Below are positions 1-10,340 of a DNA stretch of 64,000 nt, in pieces; positions within the stretch are counted from its first letter, which is position 1, and every line of letters starts with the position of its first letter. Position numbers and translations under genes: made by a program. Below the pieces are notes generated by a model. That model was not told the origin of the DNA. It searched no databases and worked only from the letters and a program-made list of their open reading frames with translations. Source of the stretch: Candidatus Woesearchaeota archaeon (GTDB lineage: Archaea > Nanobdellota > Nanobdellia > Woesearchaeales > UBA119); contig DAOSEK010000003.1 of assembly GCA_035363095.1 (NCBI GenBank), forward strand, positions 8,597 through 72,596, in the 5' to 3' direction.

Positions 1-473
1 TCATCTGATGTGACAATAGTTTTGAAAAACCTATCAATTTTTAGCTTTTTCACTCTTTTAATTTTATATTCTTTTTTTCCATCAGAATCAGAAACTAATC
101 CTAAAGGAACTTTACGATAAAGATATTCAAGTATGTCTTTTGCATCAGAGTAAAGCCTTACATTGTTTTCAAGTTCTGACCAAAAAAGCCTTTCAAAATA
201 GATTATTCTCCTCAAAGAGATATGTGAATTAAGTGTATCTAGTGCTTTTTTTACCCAAAGAGTTCTTGAAAAAAATGCAGGTGTTTTTCCTTCTAAAAGG
301 AAACCTTTCTTTGTTTTATCAAATACTTTTCTAAACTTATTGTAAGGCAGTTTTGCTTCAAGGGCAATAGCTCTTAGTACTTTATTTTCAGATTTAATCT
401 CAGCACTTACAAAGTACTCCAGTGTGTTATCAAAGTCAAAAATAACCGCTTTGATCTCTTTATCTTCTTTCAT
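1..473 (-). CDS. HAD-superfamily hydrolase, N-terminal part; ORF runs off the window start
   Basis: Minus-strand translation starts MKEDKEIKAVIFDFDNTLEYF... and continues to ...GLVSDSDGKKEYK. DxDxT and SDSDG are HAD motifs I and II. The ATG is the reverse complement of cat at 471-473. Not in the ORF track because it is truncated by the window edge. Confidence 0.5.
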   Translation of the reverse strand, partial: MKEDKEIKAVIFDFDNTLEYFVSAEIKSENKVLRAIALEAKLPYNKFRKVFDKTKKGFLLEGKTPAFFSRTLWVKKALDTLNSHISLRRIIYFERLFWSELENNVRLYSDAKDILEYLYRKVPLGLVSDSDGKKEYKIKRVKKLKIDRFFKTIVTSD

Positions 474-561
474 AGCAACCACTCTTTATTACTTATTTTT
501 TTAGTTTTTATTCAAGATTAAATGAAAAACTATTATTCCATTGATACCTTAATTACCTTGC

Positions 562-839
562 TAGATAGTCAAAGTATCTTGGTAGATAGTCTAACTATCT
601 TGTTAGATAGTCTAAGGTTAATCAATTTATGCATTTTTTTGTTTACCTGTTTCTTTTTCCTTCGACCTCAAGACCAAAGTATGCAAAAGACGGATTCATG
701 AGATCGACAACCTCACCATAAAAGGCGAGGTATGTTGGTAATATAAAAGCATACCCTGCATTCAGCGAGGTTGTTGATTACAAGAAAGCATACCGAATCC
801 TCGTATTTAAACACAAGGTATGCTTTTCTATTAATCAAT
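562..839. repeat. Modular hairpin repeat family, copy 1: three 21-22 bp tandem units (tagatagtc...) followed by core palindrome and arm module
   Basis: Contains caacaacctcaccataaaaggcgaggtatgttggtaatataaaagcataccctgcattcagcgaggttgttgattacaagaaagcataccgaatcctcgtatttaaacacaaggtatgcttttctattaatcaa, which matches copies at 10341, 14230, 29033 and 56049. Confidence 0.85.
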
Positions 840-961
840 TAAAATTCTTTAACAAAGTTGCAAAAGGATTAAAATCCTTTGCAAATCCGTGCAAGAATCT
901 TTTAGTTAAAAAAATAGCTTTGAAAAATATACAAAAATATACAAAAACAAAAAAAATACTA

Positions 962-1210
962 TTAGATCATTTCATCTATTGGCTTTTTTGCAATCTTTGG
1001 TTTTTCCTTAGAAGTTTTTTCTTCTGATTCCTTTGTTAAATCCACACCTAAATCGGAAAGAGCTTTTACATGAAGTTGCATAAGCTGTTCGACTACTGAA
1101 TTCATTCTTAAAAGTTCTGAGCGTTCCTTAGCTAACGTAGATAAAGACCCTTTATGAAAACCTATTTGCTCTTCTTTTGACATATCTTGTGTTTGTTCTT
1201 TTTCACTCAT
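962..1210 (-). CDS. Hypothetical small charged, coiled-coil-like protein (82 aa)
   Basis: ORF track; K/E-rich; no recognisable family. Confidence 0.3.
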   Translation of the reverse strand: MSEKEQTQDMSKEEQIGFHKGSLSTLAKERSELLRMNSVVEQLMQLHVKALSDLGVDLTKESEEKTSKEKPKIAKKPIDEMI

Positions 1211-1295
1211 TTAAATCCCCAATGCCTGTGGTTTGCACAGTATTTAAAAAGGTTTCCAAAAGTTTTAAATAGATATCACAAAACACTTTTTGTAA

Positions 1296-1724
1296 TTGGT
1301 GATTAACATGGTGGTATTTGGAATCAATGTCAACAAGATGTTTATTGAGAAGAAAAAGAACCTAGAGAAAGGAATGCAGGTCAATACGAATATTAAGATC
1401 CTCAATGTAATGGATGCAAAAATAAAGACTTCAGAAAGTAATGGCAAAACAGGTCTTTTGGTTTCTTTTGAGGTTAAAACATCATATAATCCAGAGATTG
1501 GAGAAATTCTTTTAAATGGAAACCTTGTATATTCAAAAGAGGATGAAAAGCAAATTTCAAAGATTTTAGAAACTTGGAAAAAGGAACAAAAAGTGCCTGA
1601 AGAAGATTCTTTAGAAATTTACAATGCAATACTTGCAAAAACAAATGTTGAAGCAGTGATCCTTGCAGATAGAATGGGACTGCCTGTTCCTTTCAAGATG
1701 CCCAAATTCAAGAAGGCAGAGTGA
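1296..1724 (+). CDS. Hypothetical protein (142 aa; true start may be the internal MFIEKKKN)
   Basis: ORF track only; no recognisable motifs. Confidence 0.3.
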   Translation: MVINMVVFGINVNKMFIEKKKNLEKGMQVNTNIKILNVMDAKIKTSESNGKTGLLVSFEVKTSYNPEIGEILLNGNLVYSKEDEKQISKILETWKKEQKVPEEDSLEIYNAILAKTNVEAVILADRMGLPVPFKMPKFKKAE

Positions 1725-1910
1725 ATATCTACACCTTGAAATAATTCTTAATTTTTTCTTTAGTTTAATAAAGGATTAATTAGAGATAGAAAATTATTAC
1801 TGAGCTTAAGGCCCATTAAGGCTATTTACATTACATTTGATAGATTAATGATACATATAATCAATGCAAGCCGAGGGGTATTTCAATAAATAAAGGAAAA
1901 AAATCTGTTT

Positions 1911-2129
1911 TTATTTTTTGCTTCCTTTAGTGGTTTCTTTTTTGCCTTGGAAAAATAAAAGGTAAATTATTGGAAGAATCCCTAATGTGTTAAATATCAA
2001 AATACAAATATACCACACTAATTGATTTCTTCTTGCAGACTTCCATAATCCAATACCCTTCCAAACCACTTCCCATACTAGCAAAGGCAAGGTTAATATC
2101 CAAATCCAATTTGCAATTTCAGTTATCAT
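1911..2129 (-). CDS. Small two-TM membrane protein, PLDc_N/DUF-like (72 aa)
   Basis: WIWILTLPLLVWEVVW...LVWYICILIFNTLGILPIIYLLFF resembles the short cardiolipin-synthase N-terminal-type membrane domain proteins. Confidence 0.35.
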   Translation of the reverse strand: MITEIANWIWILTLPLLVWEVVWKGIGLWKSARRNQLVWYICILIFNTLGILPIIYLLFFQGKKETTKGSKK

Positions 2130-2244
2130 TTTAATGGATTGTGAGGTATTGACTTTATAAATTTTACTTAAATTGGGCTAAAGATAACAAAAATTATTGT
2201 AATACTAACACGGCTACTAAATAATTAAAATTTATCCTCTTGAT

Positions 2245-2390
2245 TGTTTGTCCTGCCCCAAGCATAAAGGTTTGGAGTATCTACGGACTCACTGGCAGGG
2301 GATATTTTGAAATTGAAAATCTCACACTAAAGTGCGGGGTATTAAACCCCTAACAAATCTCACATTGTGAGATTTTCAATAAATGATTAA
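2245..2390. other. Nested perfect inverted repeats; candidate structured ncRNA or regulatory element upstream of helicase gene
   Basis: CCTGCCCC...(about 35 nt)...GGCAGGGG hairpin, then a 12-bp perfect IR gaaaatctcaca/tgtgagattttc that encloses ggggtattaaacccc. Confidence 0.3.
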
Positions 2391-2815
2391 TTTAACTAAA
2401 TACACTTTTACTAGACATTATTTAAAAAGCAAATGAATAAACCAAAAGTAATATATACCCTTTAAAAATTCCTTATATAAACCAAATGTGAAATAATCCA
2501 TTAAGATTTTTGAGTAATTTATGTCATTATTGACTGTTTAAAGGATTAAAATAACAATTTAATTAAGGGCGTTTGAAAGATTTTTTAATTAAGTCGCCTT
2601 TTGGTGTATAAGAGAATCGTTTGGTCTTGCTTTTAATTAAAGCAAAAGCAGTTCTTGGATGATTTTCTTAGATATGAAAACAAAATAACAATGCTAGATG
2701 CATTAGGAATAAAGGAATAACATTTGTAGTGATTGTTTTTCAATTTTAATCTGATAATAAAAAAGATAAGATGTTAATCTCCTTTTATAAAAAGAATTTA
2801 AATGAAAAAAAGGTA

Positions 2816-4045
2816 ATGAATATGAAAAGTTTTTTAGAATTTAATTTTAGTAGTGAACTACAAAAAGCAATAGATAGACTTGGTTTTAAAAACCCTACAT
2901 CTATTCAGGAAAAGTCAATTAGAATGATTTTAGATGGAAAGGATGTTATTGGAGAATCAGAAACTGGTTCTGGAAAAACACTTGCCTTTGGAAGCGGAGT
3001 AATAGAAAATTGCTTTCCAGGTAAAGGAATTCAATCAATAATTCTTACTCCCACAAGAGAACTTGCTGAACAGGTTAAAAAGATGCTTTGCGACCTTTCA
3101 GTATATAAACCTTTGAGGATTACTGCGATTTACGGAGGAGTATCAATAAATCCTCAGATACATGCTCTTGAAAGAAGCGATGTTGTTGTAGCAACACCCG
3201 GCAGATTCTTAGACCATATGTTTAGAAATACTATTGATACAACAAAAGTTAAAATTGTTATTTTAGACGAAGCCGACAGGATGTTTGATATGGGGTTTAT
3301 TGATGATGTGGAAAAAATAATAAAAGAATGCCCAAATAGATCGCAGACAATTTTCTTTTCAGCAACGATATCAAAAAAGATTAAAGAACTTGCAAAAAAA
3401 TATATGACAAAACCTGAATACGTTTTGACAAATAACCAAGTTGATCCTAGTAAGCTTAAGCAATACTACTATGATGTTTCTGGGAATTTGAAATTATCAC
3501 TACTTTTGCATTTAATTAAACAAGAGACTTCAGGATTGATTATGGTTTTTTGCAACACAAGAAAAAATACTGATTTTGTAGTTAAGTTTTTAAGACAAAA
3601 CAGAATAGATGCAATAGCAATTCATGGTGGATTTACTCAAGATAAAAGAACTAAAACTCTTGATATGTTTAACAAAGGAAAAATGGAAGTTATGGTTTGC
3701 ACAGATGTTGCTGCAAGAGGGCTTCATATAAACAACGTTTCCCATGTTTACAATTACGATTTGCCAAAAGACCCAACAGATTATGTGCACAGGATAGGAA
3801 GGACTGCAAGGGCTGGCGAGAGTGGCAAAGTGATAAACCTTCTTTCTAATTTTGATTATGATAATTTCTCTAAAATAATGAATGAATTTAGAGATTTTAG
3901 GATTGAAAAATTGCAAAAGCCAAGTTTTCCCAAAATAATGTTTAAAATGGAAAACGATTACAACAGAAACAAAGGCCCTTATAGAACCAGATCTAATAGT
4001 CCACCTAGACAAAGAGGTCGAGGTCAAGGGTATAAAAGACAATAA
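2816..4045 (+). CDS. DEAD-box ATP-dependent RNA helicase
   Basis: Q-motif region (FKNPTSIQ), Walker A ETGSGKT, PTRELA, DEAD-type ILDEADRM, SAT, HRIGRTAR(AG), and a C-terminal RG-rich tail. The ORF begins at 2771, but the conserved N-terminus fits the Met at 2816 or 2822. Confidence 0.9.
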   Translation: MNMKSFLEFNFSSELQKAIDRLGFKNPTSIQEKSIRMILDGKDVIGESETGSGKTLAFGSGVIENCFPGKGIQSIILTPTRELAEQVKKMLCDLSVYKPLRITAIYGGVSINPQIHALERSDVVVATPGRFLDHMFRNTIDTTKVKIVILDEADRMFDMGFIDDVEKIIKECPNRSQTIFFSATISKKIKELAKKYMTKPEYVLTNNQVDPSKLKQYYYDVSGNLKLSLLLHLIKQETSGLIMVFCNTRKNTDFVVKFLRQNRIDAIAIHGGFTQDKRTKTLDMFNKGKMEVMVCTDVAARGLHINNVSHVYNYDLPKDPTDYVHRIGRTARAGESGKVINLLSNFDYDNFSKIMNEFRDFRIEKLQKPSFPKIMFKMENDYNRNKGPYRTRSNSPPRQRGRGQGYKRQ

Positions 4046-4062
4046 AGTCTAAACAAAATATT

Positions 4063-4131
4063 ATTTGATGATTTGTACACTTTTGCGTTGTGCTTTTTTT
4101 AAAAAATAATATATTTATTTTTTTTATTTTC
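4063..4131 (+). terminator. T-tract-rich putative archaeal termination region after helicase gene
   Basis: gctttttttaaaaaataatatatttattttttttattttcgg: multiple runs of 7 or more T directly downstream of the stop. Confidence 0.3.
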
Positions 4132-4461
4132 GGATTATTTAAATTATATTTTTTTCTTGTGTTTTTGAAGGTGAAATAATACAAAATAGAGATTTTTGTA
4201 ATAATACATTTTTTAGTATGGACTTTTAGCGAAATATAGAAAGATTAAAATAGTTAAATAGAAAATAATTTATAGTGATTGAATTAAAAATAATTTTATC
4301 GAATTAAGAATTAATCTACAAAATAATTTTAATAATCAGAGTTAAGAATTAAAAGTAATTACAAAGTACATATTGATAAGGCAATTGAATAAGCATAGTC
4401 TTTTTGACAGGTTTTTTCAAGAGTAACATATTTATAAAGTTTAAATTAAATACTGATTTTT

Positions 4462-4762
4462 GATTTCATGAAATCCAGCATCATTTCGCATACTTTGGCA
4501 AATAGAAAAGCATACCTCGTGTTTTAACAAGAGTACTCGGTACACTTTTCAGTAATCAACAACCTATTTGAATACAGCGCATGCTTTTATATTACCAATA
4601 TGCCTTGCCTGTTAGGGTGAGGTTGTTGATTTTTCAAGCCTAAGTAAGAGTATACGGATTCACGGACGAAAAACCTCGACTATTCACAAGATACCTCGGC
4701 AGTTATACCGAGGTTTTTCATTTTTCAAACCGAAAGTTTGAAAAGACGGATTCAGTAAACGC
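4462..4762. repeat. Modular hairpin repeat family, copy 2 (arm + core + hairpin/T-tract module)
   Basis: atgaaatccagcatcatttcgcatactttggcaaatagaaaagcatacctcgtgtttt...caacaacct...aggttgttga...gatacctcggcagttataccgaggtttttcatttttc...gacggattcag. Confidence 0.9.
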
Positions 4763-4941
4763 TTAACAGCGACTATTGGAGAGATACCAAAGATACTTAT
4801 CCTGAGATTTTTCGTTTAAATAAATGTTTGAGGCTAGCTTTTTAAAGTGGAATTTAAAAGAATCATATTATTGTTTTAAAATAAATGATGTATTGGTCTA
4901 ATGTTTGATTTATGATGCTTAATAAGAGGTGTTTTAAAAAA

Positions 4942-5928
4942 ATGATAAATGTGGCTATAAATGGTTTTGGAAGGATTGGAAGGATGGTTTTTAGGGCGTG
5001 TGATTTTAAAGGTATTAATATTGTTGGTATTAATGATTTAACCACTACTCAAAATCTTGCGTATTTACTAAAATATGATTCTGCCCATAAGAAGTTTGAT
5101 AAGGATATCGGTTATAACAGCGATTCATTAGTTATAGATGGAAGGAAAATAAAAGTGTTTAATCAAAGCGATCCACAATTAATTCCGTGGGGCAAACTTA
5201 ATGTTGATGTTGTTATTGAAAGCACAGGTTTATTTAGAACTAAAGAAGCTATTATGAAACATATTAGTGCAGGAGCTAAAAAGGTTTTACTTTCAGCGCC
5301 TCCAAAGGATGATATTAAAACCATTGTTATTGGTGTAAACGATAAAGAGATTAAAAAAAGTGATATTTTGTTGTCAAATGCATCATGTACAACTAATTGC
5401 CTTGCGCCAATAGCAAAGATTTTAGAGGATAACTACAAGATTAAAAGTGCGTTTATGACGACAACTCATGCTTATACTGCAGATCAAAGACTTGTTGATT
5501 CGCCCCATGAAGATTTTAGAAGGGGTAGGAGTGCAGGCGTGAATATTATACCGACAAGCACAGGAGCAACCAAATCAGTTGCCCAAGTAATTCCTTCACT
5601 AAAGGGTAAGATGAGTGGGATTGCTTTAAGGGTGCCTGTAGTTACAGGCTCAGTTGTTGATTTTGTCGCATTAGTTAATCAAAAAGTAGATGAAAAAGAT
5701 CTAAAAAGTACGTTTTTAAAGTACGCAAAGGGCACAATGAAGGGTATTTTGGAATTTTCGGAAGAAAAGATTGTATCAAGTGATATAATAGATAATTGTG
5801 CATCTTCAATTATAGATTGGGAATTTTGTAGTGTGAATGGAAATCTTATTAAAATTGTCTCTTGGTATGATAACGAATGGGGCTACTCGAAGAGAATGAT
5901 AGATATTGTACAGAAGTGGTGCAACTAA
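4942..5928 (+). CDS. gap: Glyceraldehyde-3-phosphate dehydrogenase, type I (bacterial/eukaryotic type)
   Basis: MINVAINGFGRIGR (Rossmann), active-site SNASCTTNCLAP, and C-terminal WYDNEWGYS. The ORF opens at 4912; the Met at 4942 gives the canonical N-terminus. Confidence 0.9.
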   Translation: MINVAINGFGRIGRMVFRACDFKGINIVGINDLTTTQNLAYLLKYDSAHKKFDKDIGYNSDSLVIDGRKIKVFNQSDPQLIPWGKLNVDVVIESTGLFRTKEAIMKHISAGAKKVLLSAPPKDDIKTIVIGVNDKEIKKSDILLSNASCTTNCLAPIAKILEDNYKIKSAFMTTTHAYTADQRLVDSPHEDFRRGRSAGVNIIPTSTGATKSVAQVIPSLKGKMSGIALRVPVVTGSVVDFVALVNQKVDEKDLKSTFLKYAKGTMKGILEFSEEKIVSSDIIDNCASSIIDWEFCSVNGNLIKIVSWYDNEWGYSKRMIDIVQKWCN

Positions 5929-7203
5929 ATGAGTTTTGATAAAGAAAGCCTAAAGAAAATTAAGGAGATTTTTAAGATTGTTGAAGAGAAGGTTAGACCC
6001 AGAGGTGACTATCTTAAAATTATTAAAGAGGTTACAAAAAGAATTTCTCAAATAATAAAGGATAAAAATATCAAAGCTGATTGTTTTTTAGGTGGCTCTA
6101 TTGGTAAGGGCACTGAAATTTTAAGTGATTTTGATTGTGATATTTTTTTAAGATTTGATAAATCTTATTCAGAGATTGATATGCAAAAACTTTCAAGAGA
6201 AGTTTTAGCATCTTTTAAACCTGATAGATTAAAGGGCTCTAGAGAGTATTACCAGTTTAGAACCAAAGGGATTGATTTTGAGGTTGTTCCAGTACACAAA
6301 ATTAGGAGTAACCAGAGATCGAATAATTCTTCAGATTATTCAGTTCATCATGTAGCATGGGTGAAATCACACAATGAATTTGCATCAGATATAAGAGTGG
6401 CAAAGGCTTTTTGTAAAGGACAAAGAGTATATGGCGCGGAGTCTTATACAAATGGCATTTCAGGGTATGCTCTGGAGATATTAACAATCCACTATAAAGG
6501 TTTTATAAATCTTTTAAAACATGTTTCAACATGGAAGGAAAGAACAATTATCGACACAGAGAATAAATTGGATGGATTAAACCCTTTGATTGTGTTAAAC
6601 AAATCAAAGTTAGGTCCACTCATTTTAATCGACCCAATAACTCCTGGTAGAAATGCAGGGTCTGCACTTAGTGAAAGCAAATATCTGGACTTTAAAAATA
6701 GTTGTAAGAAGTTTATAAAAAAGCCAGATATTAAATTTTTTGAACGGATTTATTTAACTGAAGAAATAGTTGAAAAAAAGATTCATAAAAAAGGTGTTGT
6801 AACAATTCTTTTTTCACAAACACCTATTAAAGACCCATCCCAAGATAAAAGGGGAACAAGGATGCATAGACAATATCTTCAAATTCTTAATAATTTAAAG
6901 TCTTCTGATTTTGAAATTATTAAGAATGATTGGGATTGGGATACAAAAAATAATGCGCTTTTTTTCTTGCAATTTGATAATAAACTTCTTCCAAAAGATA
7001 CGATAGTTAAAGGGCCACCTATTGGGTTTGAAAGTTTTTGCAAAGAATTTAAAAGAAAATATTCATCTTGCTATGAAAAGAATGGAATGTTTTATTCTAA
7101 AATCAAAAGAAAGTATAGAGAGCCTGTTTCTTATATTAGAGAAGAGTTATTCCCAAAACTCTCTTTTGGAAATGAGATTAAAATAACAAGGATTCTTAAA
7201 TAG
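5929..7203 (+). CDS. cca: CCA-adding tRNA nucleotidyltransferase, archaeal class I (tentative)
   Basis: N-terminal GGSIGKGTEILSDFDCDIFLRF fits the class-I polymerase-beta-type GS-x-ARGT-x-L-x-SD-x-D-x-F motif. The length of 424 aa is typical. Its ATG directly abuts the gap stop (TAAATG). Confidence 0.55.
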   Translation: MSFDKESLKKIKEIFKIVEEKVRPRGDYLKIIKEVTKRISQIIKDKNIKADCFLGGSIGKGTEILSDFDCDIFLRFDKSYSEIDMQKLSREVLASFKPDRLKGSREYYQFRTKGIDFEVVPVHKIRSNQRSNNSSDYSVHHVAWVKSHNEFASDIRVAKAFCKGQRVYGAESYTNGISGYALEILTIHYKGFINLLKHVSTWKERTIIDTENKLDGLNPLIVLNKSKLGPLILIDPITPGRNAGSALSESKYLDFKNSCKKFIKKPDIKFFERIYLTEEIVEKKIHKKGVVTILFSQTPIKDPSQDKRGTRMHRQYLQILNNLKSSDFEIIKNDWDWDTKNNALFFLQFDNKLLPKDTIVKGPPIGFESFCKEFKRKYSSCYEKNGMFYSKIKRKYREPVSYIREELFPKLSFGNEIKITRILK

Positions 7204-7426
7204 AATTTTTGAAGTAATGACTTTGTCCTATATTTTTAGATAGGAGTTTTAGATTTTTTTTGTTTATATTTAATTTATTATAAGTTGTGTTTTTTTAATT
7301 GTTTTTTTGAAATCATTATTTAGTTTAACTCATTTTTATTAAAGTATTTTTGATAAAATGATAATTTTTTGATAAAGTAATGGGTATTGATTATTATATC
7401 AAAAAGATTTTTCCTAAATAGCTTTA

Positions 7427-7712
7427 TTTCATGAAATCCTGCTAATTCGCATACTTTTGTCAATAGAAAAGCATACCTCATGTTTTAACATGTGGACTTG
7501 GTACGCTTTTTTGTAATCAACAACCTCGCTGAATGTATTGTATACTTTTATATTACCAACATGCCTTGCCCTTTAGGGTAAGATTGTTGATTTTTTAAGC
7601 CAAAGTGAGAATAGACGGATTTATGCAAGGATTAACCTCGACTATCCAAGAGATACCTCGCCATTTATGCTGAGGTTTTTCATTTTTCAAGCCAAAAGTT
7701 TGAAGAGAGAGA
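7427..7712. repeat. Modular hairpin repeat family, copy 3
   Basis: atgaaatcctgctaattcgcatacttttgtcaatagaaaagcatacctcatgtttt...caacaacctcgctgaatgtattgtatacttttatattaccaacatgcc...agattgttga...gatacctcgccatttatgctgaggtttttcatttttc. Confidence 0.9.
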
Positions 7713-7876
7713 ATCAAAGGTTTAATTAAAAAAAAAGATATTCATAAAACTATTAATATTTAACTTTCTAGTTCTGATATATTCCGGTACTATCTAGTTA
7801 AGATGCATTCTAATATAAGCTTGAAGGTTTTTCGTTTTTAGTATAATTACAACCTATGTTACGATATATTTTATAA

Positions 7877-8521
7877 ATGTATAAGAATTCTTACAATTTT
7901 ATGAAATGTGAGGAGAAAGAGCTTAAAAAAAAGCTTGTTTTCGAGATAAAGAGAAAGATTGTTCATATATTTTTAGGGGTACTAATAATATACTTTTTAA
8001 GTGCAGGAGTAATTGATGATTTTACTCTTTTTGTGGTTTTGGTGTGCTCTATTTTTGTATCTATTTGTTCTAAATACATTCACGTTCCTATTTGGGATCA
8101 GATTCTTCAAAGATTTGATAGACCTGAATCCCGTAGAAACTTTCCGGGCAGGGGGTTTATATATTTTATTGCAGGTGCTCTTTTATCGATAAAGCTTTTC
8201 CCCCAAGATATTGCTTTTGCAAGCATAATGATTGTAACTATTGGAGATAGTGCTTCTTGTATTTTTGGAATGAGTTATAAGCTTATTACTAGGAAAAATG
8301 GGAATAAAAAGGAATTATTTGGCACGTTTTCAGCGTTATTACTTTCTTTAGGATTTGCAATGATATTTGTTGGTTTTAAAGAAGCTTTGATTGCAAGTGC
8401 TATTGCTCTTTTTGCTGAATTTGCTGAGTTTAGGTTAAATAAACAAAAGATTGATGATAATTTAGTAGTTCCGCTTGTTGCAGGTACCACGATTCTTTTG
8501 ATAAGAAAGTTCTTTTTGTAA
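7877..8521 (+). CDS. Polytopic membrane protein, CdsA/dolichol-kinase (CTP-transferase) family-like
   Basis: RKIVH early, then a GDSASCIFG (GD-x-AS-x-x-G) motif, with multiple TM segments. Confidence 0.4.
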   Translation: MYKNSYNFMKCEEKELKKKLVFEIKRKIVHIFLGVLIIYFLSAGVIDDFTLFVVLVCSIFVSICSKYIHVPIWDQILQRFDRPESRRNFPGRGFIYFIAGALLSIKLFPQDIAFASIMIVTIGDSASCIFGMSYKLITRKNGNKKELFGTFSALLLSLGFAMIFVGFKEALIASAIALFAEFAEFRLNKQKIDDNLVVPLVAGTTILLIRKFFL

Positions 8522-8635
8522 GGGTTATTTTTATTTTTAATTTCTTTTTTTCTCAGATATTATTCTCATTATTGTTGTTATTATTACATTATTATTTGAG
8601 TATATTATTTTTTTATATTTCTTTGTTATTAGTTT

Positions 8636-8785
8636 ATTTTATGAAATCCTCGCTCATTTTGCATACTTTGTTCTTTTGAGGTATGTAATAAAGAATAACT
8701 TGAGAAAAGAAGTATTCACATAACGTTTAACTTAGAATATCCTAAAGATATCTAAGACATTTATGCCGAGGTTTTTCATTGAATA
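8636..8785. repeat. Modular hairpin repeat family, copy 4 (single module; inverted partner at 14230-14372)
   Basis: Near-identical reverse complement of 14230-14372 (atgaaatcctcgctcattttgcatactttg...gacatttatgccgaggtttttc). Confidence 0.9.
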
Positions 8786-8889
8786 ATTCAAGTTTAATTC
8801 GAGTTTTTATACAGGATTTATACTTTCAAAAACTTTTAAACAAAGGTTAAAAACAAGATTGTTGTGCAAAGATTATGCTTTCAAACAAA

Positions 8890-9888
8890 TTAAGATACTA
8901 AGAATAGTTTGTCTTTTGCGATGATTACTTCTATTTGCTCACCAATTTTTAATTTTGAGATCATGGTTTTTGAAAGATTTCCTTCTAATTGAGTCTCTTC
9001 AAAGGTTTTGGGATGTAGAACAGATATGTTTGGATATGTTTTGATTACCTGAGCGTTTATAGGAGAGATTATTTCATATTTGTCTTTAAAAGGGTCTATG
9101 TGAAGTTGGATTTTTTGATTAGAAAATAGTTCTTTAACAATTATTTTATTTTTAGTAGAGATAATTTTATAGAAATCGTTCTCTAATCTGATAACTTCAC
9201 CTTTATAAAAAGAGGGTGCGTTATACCTTATGTTTGTTCTAAGAATATCTTTTGAGGTTAGTCGGTTTCTTGAGAACAGCTGAGTGGAAAAATCATAATC
9301 GCCTCCAAAAGTGTCAATAAATTGAGTTATGTCTTTTCTTACTTTTTGGATTGAGCGAAATTTTACATCGAACCCAAATTGAGTTAAACCAATGCTTTTT
9401 ATGTCATAATTTTCTGGTTTTGTTATTATTTCTTCTCTTATGAGGGAAATTATTTTATCTTTTCTCCCTCTTACCTGCAAGATTCCTTCAAAATATCCGC
9501 TAGTTTTTTGGCTACAGTTTAGGCACAATTCTTTGTTTAGTGGTGCTGTATAGATAAGTTCTTGTGAGAATTTCTTTTTTTTAAATAATGAGTTTAGTAA
9601 GAAAACTATCTCATAGGTATTTTTATTGGGCTGAAGTTGTTTGATTTTTATACTTATTTCATACATAGGATTTTTCTTAATTGAATTAAAAAGCAGTTCT
9701 TCAGCCACTTTTTTTATCTCTTTAGTTTCCCATTTCCCTTTGATAAGATATGAATTACATTTGGGACAGGTAACTATTGAAAACTGATTAATTCCAAAAA
9801 TTGGAGGATTTAATTCATAATAACATTTAAGGCAAAGAAATTCTTCCTCTCTTTTTTTCTTTCCACACTTGATACACTTATCGTTCAT
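8890..9888 (-). CDS. NMD3-like zinc-ribbon protein (archaeal homolog of the 60S export adaptor), tentative
   Basis: N-terminus has CIKCGKK...CLKCYYE followed by CPKCNSYL and CLNCSQK Cys pairs. Size 332 aa. Confidence 0.4.
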   Translation of the reverse strand: MNDKCIKCGKKKREEEFLCLKCYYELNPPIFGINQFSIVTCPKCNSYLIKGKWETKEIKKVAEELLFNSIKKNPMYEISIKIKQLQPNKNTYEIVFLLNSLFKKKKFSQELIYTAPLNKELCLNCSQKTSGYFEGILQVRGRKDKIISLIREEIITKPENYDIKSIGLTQFGFDVKFRSIQKVRKDITQFIDTFGGDYDFSTQLFSRNRLTSKDILRTNIRYNAPSFYKGEVIRLENDFYKIISTKNKIIVKELFSNQKIQLHIDPFKDKYEIISPINAQVIKTYPNISVLHPKTFEETQLEGNLSKTMISKLKIGEQIEVIIAKDKLFLVS

Positions 9889-10340
9889 TAAGTTTAGTTT
9901 TAGTTTTTCCTTTAAATAGATTGCTTTAAAAACGGGCTAATTACAGCAAAAAAGAAAGATTAAAAAACCCCAAGATTTAAATAATCAATCTAAATCAATT
10001 AGCAAATTGCTGTTTTGGATGGTTTTTCATGAAATTCGTTTTTTTTTCCAAACTGTGGCATTAATGAGAAAGTAAGAAGAGTATAAAAGAGTTAAGAGGA
10101 AAGTATTTTACTTATGAATAATATGAACTTTTTGCCAGATATCTTGTGGTATTTATGCTTGAGTGGTTTTTCATTTATTTTGAATATTAATTTCGCGGAT
10201 TTCAACAAAATTACTCCAAAATATATAAAGTATCAAATAAAGTTTGCACAAGTATCATATGGTTTTTGGGTATTTTCACAAAATCATAATTGTATTAGAA
10301 TTGGATAAAAAAAACTTGATATAAACGTTGAGAACCTATA

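Noticed and set aside
2230-2300. tRNA-like appearance of the GC-rich hairpin region
   Set aside because: A cloverleaf could not be folded. It lacks a T-arm GTTC-type motif and a matching acceptor stem. It is kept only as a generic structured element.
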